Shown: positions 35,709 through 47,395 of the stretch, piece by piece
How positions within the stretch are numbered: the first letter of the stretch is position 1
Layout: every line of letters begins with the position of its first letter
Assembly (NCBI GenBank): GCA_048013815.1
Contig: CM106585.1
Coordinates: forward strand, 21,080,001 to 21,144,000
From: Setoptus koraiensis
Taxonomy: Eukaryota > Animalia > Arthropoda
Length of the DNA: 64,000 bases
Direction: 5' to 3'
Program-made: the position numbers and the translations under genes
The notes under the pieces: generated by a model
Databases searched by the model: none
What the model was told of the DNA's origin: nothing
What the model saw: the letters and a program-made list of their open reading frames with translations, nothing else

Positions 35709-38263
35709 CACATCAAATTCTGCACCAGATTCTGCTGTGCCATTCCGAGTCCTGAGGCTGCTGCGGCCGACGCTGCTGCTGCTAGTTACAGCAACGAAAA
35801 AAAGAAGGTTCAGTATTGGTTGGCTGCATGAAAAGTTGTTCAGCACTCGAATCTACCACACTCACTTCCACGGTGCATCCAAGCAATGCTTTCCTGCACA
35901 AGTATACATTCTATACATGGGGCTCTTTTTTGTGCTAGGATCGCCACATAAATAGGCTGGGGCACAGATTCGAGACGAGAGGCTCTGACGAAGGCACCGG
36001 CGCACAACTTGTGCAACAGAGCTGTCTCTGTTCGCTACCTGTGCAAGAAAAATAGTCACGCCGAGTCGGCGGCGCATAGAGGGAGCCTTGTATTTCAGCA
36101 ACCCGTAGTGACATAACATTTGAGCGACGCCTGCAGTAGGGACACTGAACTATTCGTGGTTTTAGGGCCGGCTTAGAACATTCTAGTGTATTGTGTAACT
36201 TTTTGCTGGCCACCCGATACACAGACACACACACACACAGACACGCACACACACACACACACACACATACACACACACGCACGCAAACAATGGCAAAATT
36301 CTGCTTCTAGTGTGTGAGTGTGATCGTTTCCTAATGTTCATAACATCGGTGCGGAAAGTTTCCACGAGGGCGGCGCTGCTATGCTTTCTCGATGCCTACT
36401 TGGTGAGTGTAGATTGGCGCAGCACAATGTATGCAATCAAGAACAATGAACATTAAGCGAGACACTGCAGAGTTCGGCGTGCATTCCGAGCGCGTCTAGC
36501 GAGCTTTTTTCGCATCGAAGTTTCGGATATTGGGAAGCGATCACACAATGCAGTGCTGCTTGTCACATTGATGCTTCTGCCGCCACAGTCTGTTCTGCGT
36601 CAATGTTCTGCGTGATCTCCCTGTGATGTCAAAAATGTCGATGCGAAAAAATCCGCTAGGTGCGCTTGTGACGCTGCAGAATGCACAACGAAGCGCAGAG
36701 GTGTCTCGTTGAATGGGGTCCTTTTTTTGGGCTTGAGCACCTAAGCGCACAGAGGGGCAGATGCGCGACAGCTAAATAGCTGACCCACAGCTCTCAATGA
36801 AAGGCTGGCTGTAGCGCAGATACAAACAAGCCCGTCAACGCCAGCTGTAGTGATCGCGTAGGGCAAAAAGAAAGCATGGCAGCGCCGCCCTTGCGGAATG
36901 TTTCATGCACCAATTATTGAGCATGGGACAACAAATCACACGATACACATTAGCCTGCCGACTTTCCTGCAGTCAGAGTGGCCCGCTGGCTGCAGGAATT
37001 GCCAAACGATATGTCAGTGGTCGTGTATCGGGCCTTTCGGTCCAACTGCTGGCTGGAACCTCCTACCTAGCAAACTTTATTTCATGTACAGTGCTATGCA
37101 GCGATTGTTTGGAAACAATTGCAGATGCTCGCACCAACTCTGTCCGCCTGTATGTCTAGCTCTCTTGCGCGAATGTCCTCTGAGAAATAATCGATTCAGT
37201 CAATCTAAATTCAATCGATTGTATAGTGTTAGTGAGTGGGTTGAGGCTGTACCATTGATAATAGCTAGTAGAGGCAGTGGTGCCATAATAATGCATCCCT
37301 TTGGTTAAGCACAAACGAACAAACAGACAGGACACATCACTTTGACGCTAACGCATAACGCACAAGCAAACAGACAGACAGGAAACAACAGCAAGCGAGC
37401 GAGAAGCCAGCGAAGTATGGCCTGCGCTTCACTCTGCGCGAATTCACATCGATACTTTGAGTCTGTGCCACACAGTAGTATAGTAGCTAGCGTATAATGT
37501 TGCACAGCATCGCATAGTTACCAAGCATCATCAAAGGCAGCCCAGGGAACGAGGAAGCGCCCTAAAAATTACCCTTCGTCCGATATTGTGCCCAGACCTT
37601 TTAAACATTATCAGTGACACAAACACGCTCGCATGTGACGTTTCAGGCGGATTGTTGACGCTTGCTAGCTGTTACAAGCCAGCAAGCAAGCTGACTGGAC
37701 CGCTAAATCAATGTTTGGTGCGTGTTTAATGCGAGCCACACCGATGGCGCATCGATGTGTTGTTAATCTGTCTCCTTTTATACTTATAATAGGCTCGCTG
37801 GTATTATTTTACAAGCTAGCGACTCGCGTGATTGGCATTGAGCATTCGCTAATTATTAAACAGACAGTTATTTTCAGTTTCACCAGCGACTACCAGTTGT
37901 TTGAATGTATTTCTTTTTTTTTTTCAAATTGTCATTATGTCAATGGAATTTTCGGCGGCATTAATATCACGCGATATTTGGTGTATCGCGATTATGAGGT
38001 TTAATGGAAACGTTATCTACGAGTTGAAAGCTTTCACTATTATAACCGGTTTCGTTGTGAATAGTAACTGGATAGGCTATTTTGGACAGGGGCGAACTGA
38101 ATATTAGGGCAGGAAATTTGTATATTCTATTTACGATTTTGTTTATTGGTTTTTTTCATAGTATGATTTTCTTTCGCTCTCCTCTTTCAGTAATTTATAA
38201 GGTGACGGGTATGTGTGCGAGAGTAATTTTATAGATGTTTCATCGATTCTCGACAAGTTGTGA

Positions 38264-39061
38264 TCACTTTTCCTCTTGGTCTTGTGGTTCTTCGCGCTCA
38301 TCACCGGCATCAGACGTCCATAATGTAAGATTATCGCGTAACAATTGCATGATCAATGTACTGTCTTTGTAAGAGTCCTCGTTGAGTGTATCCAATTCAG
38401 CGATGGCATCATCGAAAGCTTGTTTGGCCAGGTGACATGCCCTGTCTGGCGCGTTAAGGATTTCGTAATAAAAGACTGAGAAATTGAGAGCGAGACCAAG
38501 TCTGATGGGATGCGTCGGTTGCATCTTGTTTTTGCTTATATCAAACGCTTCTTGGTAAGCCTTTTGTGATTCTTCCACGACATTTGTTCTAACTTCACCT
38601 ATAGCTACCTCAGCTAGATATCTGTAATAGTCGCCCTCCATTTTCAAATAAAATACCTTGCTCTCTGGATTGGTGGCTTTTGGGATTAAAAATTTATCCA
38701 GTAAATTCAAAACATCATAACAGATCTCCCTGAGTTCCTTCTCTACCTTTTCGCGGTATTCTCGGGCCATCTGTTGTTTTCGTTCGCTGCCTTCTGTCTT
38801 TTGCTCAATGCTCGAGATAACCCGCCACGAGCTTCTACGTGCTCCCACAACATTCTTGTATGCGACAGATAATAGGTTTCTCTCTTCGTTAGTTAATTCT
38901 ACACCAGTTTCTGTAACCAATTTCATGGCCGACGCCATATCATCGTAACGTTCGGCCTGTTCAGCAAGCTTGGCACGTTGAACTTGTTCATCCTTGTCCA
39001 AATTTGTTGAGGTGGTGGTGGCTGCTGCCGCTGCGGCTGGTGCTGACTCGGTTTCCATCAT
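38264..39061 (-). CDS. 14-3-3zeta: 14-3-3 protein (zeta-like), copy B, intronless, 265 aa
   Basis: Same motifs as copy A, with 10 internal substitutions and a longer N-terminus. Confidence 0.97.
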   Translation of the reverse strand: MMETESAPAAAAAATTTSTNLDKDEQVQRAKLAEQAERYDDMASAMKLVTETGVELTNEERNLLSVAYKNVVGARRSSWRVISSIEQKTEGSERKQQMAREYREKVEKELREICYDVLNLLDKFLIPKATNPESKVFYLKMEGDYYRYLAEVAIGEVRTNVVEESQKAYQEAFDISKNKMQPTHPIRLGLALNFSVFYYEILNAPDRACHLAKQAFDDAIAELDTLNEDSYKDSTLIMQLLRDNLTLWTSDAGDEREEPQDQEEK

Positions 39062-39440
39062 TAGATATTTGATATTAATAATTATTGATTTATTTATATA
39101 TATATGTATAAATGTATGTAGTTAAATATATTTATGTATGCCTCAATATTATTTTGTTAGATAGGTCTGGTGGTGCCTAAAGTAAACGTGATACTATCGG
39201 TTCAAAATGTTGCCGTGAATAGTGTGGTTGCGAAAAAATTATTGATTAAGAATTTATTTAATTTATGCTTGTGTCTATTCAGATCATAGTAGTATTTAAT
39301 AGAGTAGAATGTATGAGATAGTGACGATAATAAGAATAATAATAATAATTATATTAATGGTGTATAATAGTTTAATGTTAGTTAAACTAACGATGGTGTG
39401 ATGCAGCGAATCATAGGAGAAGCTAGAGTATGTCCGTGTA

Positions 39441-39877
39441 CTGGGTGTAATCGGACTTCTTTCATACTTTCTGTGCACACGCACATAGGCCTTTTGCTGC
39501 GTGTGCACTCTGCACACTCATAGCACATGCTCATGGCGAACGCAGTCTGAATGGTGATTAAACGGCCACATTGTTCGCGCAGGGGGCATGAATTTGGGAG
39601 TTGGTCTAACCACTGCTCGTTTGTATCCCCCTTCATATATGAATTTCATTTTACTATTCACAGGATTAATGGAGCATCTTTCAAATTCTCGCGCTATTCG
39701 TATATAAGCGCTTGAGCCATTCAGCTGCTTTCACTGTAAACTTCATTTCAAGCACACACGCACATCCAGGAAGATCGGGCGCACAAGACCGACAAAATCA
39801 CGCACAAACACCATCTTCAGCTTTGCGTTAACCAAAACCTAGCACAGAAAGTATTGAATAAGTGCGATTACACCCAG
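39441..39877. mobile_element. 437-bp non-autonomous Tc1/mariner-type element (MITE) with 36-bp TIRs and TA target duplication
   Basis: TIRs 39441-39476 and 39842-39877 (CTGGGTGTAATCG..ATACTTTCTGTGC, 4 mismatches), flanked by TA on both sides. The paralogous site upstream of copy A (about 35151-35170) has a single TA and no insert. Confidence 0.88.
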
Positions 39878-40375
39878 TATGAGTTAGCTTAGGTCTGATT
39901 GTGTGTCTGTATCCCAAGAGTGCACTATTTTCTTCTATAGTGTGTGCCGCACACACAGTGTGTGTGTGTGTGTGAGTGTGTGTGTGCGTTGTAACGAACA
40001 GGCAGATGCATATTGAATTGGACACATTGAAGTAAACAGGGAGCTATCTATCATTGGTGGTGAATCAACATTTAAATCTACCCATGCAAACCATAAATGA
40101 ATAAGTCATAGGTTATATTTACTTCAGGATTTCGTTGCAAATATTTTTAAAATGTGATAAACAACACCATCTACATTTGCTTATTACCTCGCGCATAAAT
40201 AGATTTATTTCCATTATTTATCCGTTATCTCAATATACTCGCATGTACATCTTATATTTATCAATTCTGCTGACAGATGTCATGCCGGATCCTCATTGGC
40301 CACCAACGCATGTATAGAAAACACTGGCCAAACTAACGGTTCACAGTATTAAATTACCTCGCCACGACTAATACC

Positions 40376-41122
40376 ATGGCCCTATTGCATCAACCCAGAC
40401 AAATGTCTGCATGTGTAGTTTGCCATTCACGTCTCAGAAATTCAAGTCACCTCCAGCATCAGTATGCATGCTTCAACAACAATCTTCAAAAAATAGACAT
40501 TCTTGGCTTAGCTCAATGCCAGCATGATTACAATCACATTGTCACCAAAAATGATCTTGATGACCACGAACTGGTATCATGTGAACATGTTAGAAGTAGG
40601 ATAAGGGTTGCGGCAGCTGGACTCGTCAGGGCTCTACGGGAACGCAAGACTGATGAGTATGACTATCAAGTTGGTGTCATAAAGGCTGAACAAGAGAAAA
40701 TTCGTTCTAATTTGCAATATGGACGAACATTGATCCAGCGACTACAGAAACAACAAATTCGTGATATGATTGAGGCCAGAAAAAAGGCTAGAGATTTGGA
40801 GAGTGATATAAACAATGCCTACGGATCAAACCCAGCTCAAGGGAAGAAGAGGGCAGCCGAAATGGAGGAGAAAGAAAGGATACGTTTGTACTTTTTAAAG
40901 CGAAAGAAAGAGGCAGAAAAAGAGGCGACCACTCTCAATGTGCCACCCGATCAAATTGATCCAGATAACTTTTTTGAGCCAGCCACTTTCACCCCACCTT
41001 TTCAGGACCTTAAACCACTCATTCATTTCAAACCACAGACTATTATTGTCAATCTCCATGGAACCAACTCTGACAATTCTACACCTATTGTAAAAATCAA
41101 AAAAGAGAGAACGGATACATGA
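40376..41122 (+). CDS. Uncharacterised intronless protein, 248 aa, with a degenerate Zn-finger-like N-terminus and a coiled coil
   Basis: ATG-initiated 747-bp ORF with protein-like composition; CVVCHSRLRNSSHLQHQYAC followed by a charged helical region. Confidence 0.65.
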   Translation: MALLHQPRQMSACVVCHSRLRNSSHLQHQYACFNNNLQKIDILGLAQCQHDYNHIVTKNDLDDHELVSCEHVRSRIRVAAAGLVRALRERKTDEYDYQVGVIKAEQEKIRSNLQYGRTLIQRLQKQQIRDMIEARKKARDLESDINNAYGSNPAQGKKRAAEMEEKERIRLYFLKRKKEAEKEATTLNVPPDQIDPDNFFEPATFTPPFQDLKPLIHFKPQTIIVNLHGTNSDNSTPIVKIKKERTDT

Positions 41123-42295
41123 TACAAAAACTATCAATGATTACCATTGTATATTCTCATGAGGAGATTATTTTGAAAATAAAAAACGAATCATTAGTGT
41201 ACATCTCACGTCAGCATTATTCACCCTGTTATGCGTTATTTTATTCTGAGGTCTGTCTGTACTCAGCAGCTATATCGTGAGTAAACTATAAAGTCTGCAA
41301 AGTCTGCTAATAGCCTTATAAATGGATCGTCAAGGTTCTTCCAGTGACTGCAAAATGATAATATTGCGTCAATTGTCTGCTATATGCTACTTCGTAGCTT
41401 CACTTGCAGTATCAAGATAGCATAATATTTTCAGCGCTAAACTTTTACTGTACTTGTAGACTAGCTTATGCTTCAAAATTAGACTAACAAAGAGAACACA
41501 CTTTCTATTCGCTACGAAGTTTCATATGCTTTTACTGCCTTTGAATTGAAGCTTTCCTTCTCTAGCTCCCTCCATTTGAATGGGCTATATGTTGTTAGTG
41601 AGGCAATTGGATAAATAACAGCCATTCGAATATTAATCTATCTCTGTAACCTCATTTAATGTTGTATTACTGTACCATGTCTCACTCGCTCCCTGTCTCA
41701 CCCGCTCTTTCGTTCTCTCGTTGGCTCTTACTATCCTTTCGTTAAATAAGAATTTAATCAATGTGAGTCAACTGTATCAGTACATTTGATAGAAGGAATT
41801 CAAATTTACTTCGAATGCTGTAATGATTAAAATAGAAATTAAAGAAAACGATGACTATGCTAGAACAGTATAGAGAAAATTCTCATGCTTACCTCGAGGC
41901 ACGGCTTTTTTTAGAGGAGTCAAACTAGGCACAGACACATGTATTTCGGCCAACAACGGCAACACGAACGACAACGGTGAAACAATAATAAACAAAACAC
42001 AATTATTTGATCTCCTGGCCAGTGCAACAGTTAGATGTCAAAAATTAAACAATACTCAGATTAAAAGAACACACCAGACAGATTATGTTGTATCGAAGAT
42101 ACAATGTATAATGAGGCCGAAAACGGATATTTGAATAAAAAAACATAATTATGGTAATAACAATAATAATAATTAGTCACATAGGCACACTTGACAAAAT
42201 TAGATTGAATTTACTTTTTTGAACCCAGTGTACACATAGTTATTGTTGAGTATTGCCATTTAGCCCCAGCTCAGGACAAGGATTTATTAATCAAG

Positions 42296-45200
42296 ATGAA
42301 TCAAGCTCTTCAACGTCGCCACGAGCAAATAGAGCGTTGGAAACAAAATGAGGCTTCTATCGACCTTTCATCATCTAAAGAATCAGTTAGCAAAGATAGA
42401 AAAACTAGAATCTTTTCAAACAAGGACAGCATCCGAAGGAGGGGAGGAAACAGTGTTAAATTCTCGAATTCGACATTATTTTTAGCTGCCTGCGCTAATG
42501 GTGACCTGGAGGAATGTGAAAGATTACTTAAAAATAAGTTGGTTGATATCAACACCACAACTAACGACGGGCTATCGGGCCTGCATGAGGCCGCTATTGC
42601 AGGTAACAGAAAAATGGTAGAATACCTGTTGAAAAATGGAGCTCAAGTAGATTGTGCAGACAACGAAGGATGGACACCATTGCATGCTGCCGCCAGTCTC
42701 GGTCAAAATGAGGTAGTTGAGGTTTTGTTGTTGAATAATGCAGACCCTACACTTGTCAATTGTGAGAATGTGCTCGCTTATGATCTAGCTCGCAACGATA
42801 CCGTTAGGACAATGATAGGCTCTGAATTGAGGGAAGAAAATCTGGAATTACTGAGGTTGCAAGAGAGGCGTCTAATAGAGCACGATATTTCAAGATGGTT
42901 GAAGACAGGTATTTATGACGAACGATCTCATCCCATCACAAATGCCAATGTTTTACACGTATTGGCGTCCAAAGGACACATTGAACTCATGAGTAGACTA
43001 CTCGAATCTGACGTAATAAGGAGACAAATAAACATAGATGCCCAAGATACAGAGGGATTCACCCCGCTCATAGCAGCAGCTTACTGGGGAAATACGGAGA
43101 TCGTTCAGTTACTTATTGAGCATGGAGCGAACGCTTTAATACAATCTAATCAAGGCTACAGGTTTGACGACTTTCTTGAGAGCTCATTTGCAGCACTCAT
43201 GAAAGACTTGTTCTACACCAGACAGCTAGAAAGAAAACATGACCTCATCAAGGTCTCAAACCGTGCAACTAGAATAAATAATTCGAATGCTCTACACGAT
43301 CAAGACAATAATTCGCTTATGGAAAATAGCTTTTCAGCTGTTCTACCGACATCAAAGTTTGCTTCCGCGAACGACCTAGACAACGATATAACAATTACTC
43401 TAAAGAAGCCACAAGTGCCACCACATTCGCCCTCAACTACAAAAGCCTCATTACTCTCTCCACCATCATCTCCGACAGCAACCATTGGTGATATATACAT
43501 CAGGCAATTGCAGAATGACTCTATACAATCTTCCCCAGGAAGCAAAAGCCCGGCAAGTGAAAGTGAAACTCAGAGGAGAGCTCACGCCAAACGCGTCCGA
43601 GAAACAAGGCGCTCAACTCAAGGCATATCTGCAGCGGATGTTTTAAAAGCCAAGGCTAATAGTGACCACCTAAGTCAGAGCAAATCTTCCGGTAAGTTCT
43701 GCTGTCATTCATAACGAAATTTGTGCGATCATAAATCTATGTGCTCATAATATCAAGTTCAAACATTGTAACTGATTCGTTTTTCAACTCCTCGACTAAC
43801 TTAAATGAATTGTGAACATTGGAAATTTACATCATCTGGCGCTCAATAACATATTGGAAATCATTTTCCAACTGAATATGGATCATTAACTATGATTTCT
43901 AGCTTCCTTCGATTCACTAGATGCTCAAAATGACAGCAACAGTAGAAAAGTAAGTTTTTCAAAAAAAAAAAATCAACTATTGAGTCACTTTTGAGTTTCT
44001 TTGCGATTGTTTTTATTACAACTGTAAATATTTGGATTCATCATCAAATACTAGATAGACCGAGGAATATATTAAGCTTTGGTTTATCTTACTGACCTTC
44101 TTTTCCTCCTCTGTTTCATAAGAAAGTCGCTTCATTGCTTACGAAAATGAAGTTTCATATATGCTAAACTCAATTCAATTGAGGATGGAGCATGTAGCAT
44201 TCAGTTTAAGCTATGAACATTTCCCTAACTGATTATGTCTAACTAATCTTTAGCACAAGCCTCAGATCTTATTCGCTATACGTCATACGCATGCTAGATG
44301 ATAATTTCTTTCTGTACCTCTCAAAGTTTCTACCGCTACATTTTAACTTGTATTTATCAATGAGTCTCAAATAGCGAACGACAATCGAGGAGACAGAGAG
44401 GAATAGTATTCATGCATGTTTATGTGTCATCTTGAGGCATTATTTTCGAGTTGAATGTAATGAGAACATACTTTCTACTTCCTTCTTGTCAACAGTGGAA
44501 AAAACTATTTTGTGCTTTTACGAGAAAAGACACAAGATTTTCTGTCTCATCTACGTTTAGCGCTCTGATGGGCCTTTAGCTGATAAGTCTTAATCAGTTA
44601 TATAATGATACACAAGATCGATAGTTATACTACGAGTCGCAGTGCCCTTATGTGCGCATATAAACTAGATCCCTCATAGACTTCCAACTTTCTCCCCATA
44701 CCGCTAAAAATATATATACATCTATATGCGTAGATAGAGGATGCATCTGTTGAAAAAGGAATATAAAGTAGACTGAGCAACTCGGCGACTCGTTGAATCT
44801 CTAGACTATTAATGCTCGAGGCTTTGTGTCTACATAAACATTGGTATTGATATACTAATGTATGTGTATACATTACAAAAACAGAAATGGGGTAAATTTC
44901 TGTTGCGTTTGAAGCTAGAAAATCCTTGATGCTCAAAATCATATTTCTTGGTTGAATTCCTATGTCATACTACTAATTATCATAGACATTAGAAAGTAGT
45001 GAAAGAGTGCTTTCAAATTTCCCAGTGATACCAATCAGAGTTTAAGTATTTTCATTTATCCTTCTTGATAGATATTGCGGCAACATCAAGTCGGTTCTAT
45101 ATTTGTTTGACATGCCTTGAAGAATCAGAAAAAGAAAAATCAATCATAGAATTCACAATAATTCAATAATATATAGTTATGAACAAGTGACATTATTATT

Positions 45201-46376
45201 ATCATGTCCTTTCATAATCCATACCTATCGGCCTCTAGGCCCTCATCATCTTTCACAAGATCCTCTCGTTCCTCTAAACGAAGTGATCCAAGTATTAATA
45301 AGAGTAGTTATCTTAGTAGATCAAGAAGTTCCATGGCATTGGGGGCTGGCAGTCAATCATTATTGTCCACTCAAACACCATCTTCAGCATACCATTTAGA
45401 TACTAGCTCAGCTTATGTTCCTGGTAGCTGGAACAGATCATCATCGACAAACAGATTGACCAGACAAAACAGTTCTAATGTGACACCTTCAGCACTGACC
45501 ACTTTTGTTCCAGGCTCAACTGGGCCATCGACTTCACAGTCAAGTTTGCTGAATCATAATCAGCATATACAATCTAGATCGCAAATATCTACTGTTAGTT
45601 TTCTACACAATCTATTCTGTCTAACGTTCAACTTGATGCACATACTATATTGCTTAAGTTTTTTTTTTCGGTTCCTTCATTAATACTTTCTTTGTTACAT
45701 CTGAATATTACATAACACCTATAATAATCTGATCAGAACTAACTCAATTATTATTTTCTTCCCTGGCTAAACTTTTTTATTATATCAAAATCACAATTGT
45801 TTACAGCCGTCTGGAGCACTCACCAGAGGAGCGAATGATTCAGTCACTAACCAACAATCAGCCAGTGGGGTTAATTCACGATCATCGTCTGTGTTATCAT
45901 TAGATCCTTCATCACATCATGATGATCATAGTAGTGTAAATGGAGACGAGAATTTAGATTTGAACAGTCTACAAAAGAACCAATCAAAGAGTGATAGTCG
46001 TAATCGGCTGCATCCAGATAAAAATCATTCGTCATTATCAGAGGATATATTGGATAGTGATCAGACAATTTTCAGTCGTTCAATCAGTTTAGAGTCATCT
46101 TTATCATTGGCCGAGTCATTAAACCAAAGCGAATTGAGGCGTTCTTATAAAGAATTATTAATAGAGAATGAGAAGTTAACAAAACTTTTGAAAGAGTATG
46201 AAGAAATGGAGAAGAAACGAAATCTCGATTGGACTAAAGAGAAACGACAAATGCAGAGAAAAATAAGTGAACTTGAGGAGGAGAATAAACAATTGGAACA
46301 ATGGAAGCACGAAAGCCAAAGATTAAAAGATGAAAACAGTTCATTACTGCGCGTCATAAGTAAAATTTCTAAATGA
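42296..46376 (+). CDS. PPP1R12A: Myosin phosphatase targeting subunit (MYPT/PPP1R12, Mbs); exons include 42296-43691, about 43903 or 43921 to 43949, part of 45204-45593, and 45807-46376; middle junctions uncertain
   Basis: N-terminal MyPhoNE-like RRHEQIERW, SVKF..LFLAACANGD, ankyrin repeats, inhibitory site RETRRSTQG, and C-terminal leucine zipper QRLKDENSSLLRVISKISK. Donors at 43692, 43950 and 45594; acceptor at 45806. Confidence 0.9.
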
Positions 46377-46611
46377 GATTCTTGACTATCTAGATACAAA
46401 TAAACAAGAACAAATAAATATATAGATACCGATGCACTGATCATAACAGATAAACTCATAATTGATTAATATTGAGCGCCAATCACATAGAGGAAAGAAC
46501 AATAATCTAATAAATTTGAGTCACTATCTATAGACAAATGATTCGATTCTAGCTAGCTACTTTGTCACTCATGAGTTTACAGATTTATTGTGCCAATAAA
46601 ACTGGGTGTAA

Positions 46612-46960
46612 CTGAACTTGTCACTTTCTTTGAACACGCATATGCGTTGTGTCTCCCACTGCCAAGGACATTCTAACATTCATATAGCATTGTTTTCCGA
46701 AAATTATCAATTTGGATCGATTACATCTATGCACATATTATTCATGTGAGATATCTTCAGAAGAAGTTGTGAAATCTCGCGATAGAGGCACACATGAGAG
46801 CTTGGCTAGTTAAAACTTGTTACTTTCTATAAACACTCACATGGAGAGTGTTTTTATCTGCCAAGGACATTCAAATTGCAACATCGCATTGTCTTTCGAC
46901 AATTATCAGTTGGGATCGATTAAATCACTACACCATATTCATACCAGATATCTCTACTAT
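46612..46960. repeat. Diverged tandem duplication with a period of about 200 bp
   Basis: AACTTGTCACTTTCT/AACTTGTTACTTTCT, GCCAAGGACATTC (46661 and 46860) and AATTATCA..TGGATCGATTA/GGGATCGATTA recur about 199 bp apart. Confidence 0.7.
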
Positions 46961-47195
46961 GGAAGATGAACCACTAGTCACTAGTGATTAGTGCTGTGAA
47001 TAGTAGAATAATATTCATGGATGAAGGGGGTGCGAACAAGAAGCTAGTTGGAGCGACTCCCAAGATTATACCCCCCTGCGTGAAGTAAGCTAGCCAAATC
47101 TAGTCTCCATAATACTGCATTTGCCATGAGCATGCGCTATATGTTCAGTTTCCACCCAGCGGAAGACCTATGTGCGTTTGACACTCAACATACGG

Positions 47196-47395
47196 ATCAG
47201 TAATTTTTTTCGCAATCACATTATTTACGGCAACATTTCGAACCCATAGCATCGCTTCAATTTTGAAACACCACCCACACCAGCCGGAGCTAACAAAATT
47301 ATATTGAAGCATACATATATATATTTAGATACGTACATTTATATAAATATATATATCCATAAACACAATAATATTATTATTGCTTATCAATTATA
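47196..47395 (+). promoter_or_regulatory. Inverted copy of the 14-3-3 5' leader upstream of the chimeric UGPase; arthropod initiator-like TCAGT at 47197-47201
   Basis: Aligns to the reverse complement of about 34757-34975 (TTTTTTCGCAA..TATTTACGGCAACATTTCGAACCCATAGCAT..TATTGAAGCATAC..AAACACAATAATATTATTATTG..TATCAATTATAATG). Confidence 0.85.

Larger units (their letters stand above)
33525..39950. repeat. Direct tandem duplication of the 14-3-3 locus (unit A about 33525-35285, unit B about 37820-39945; offset 4296 bp over the CDS)
   Basis: Both 5' and 3' flanks align between the copies with visible divergence; CDS tracts are identical or strongly diverged. Confidence 0.92.

Noticed and set aside
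35113-37505. Short ORFs between the 14-3-3 copies, plus antisense or alternative-frame ORFs over real genes elsewhere in the window
   Set aside because: Microsatellite-driven or shadow frames with no recognisable domains.
45204-46376. Independent short MYPT leucine-zipper isoform starting at ATG 45204
   Set aside because: Several plausible internal acceptors exist, so the ATG need not be used; this cannot be decided without transcripts.
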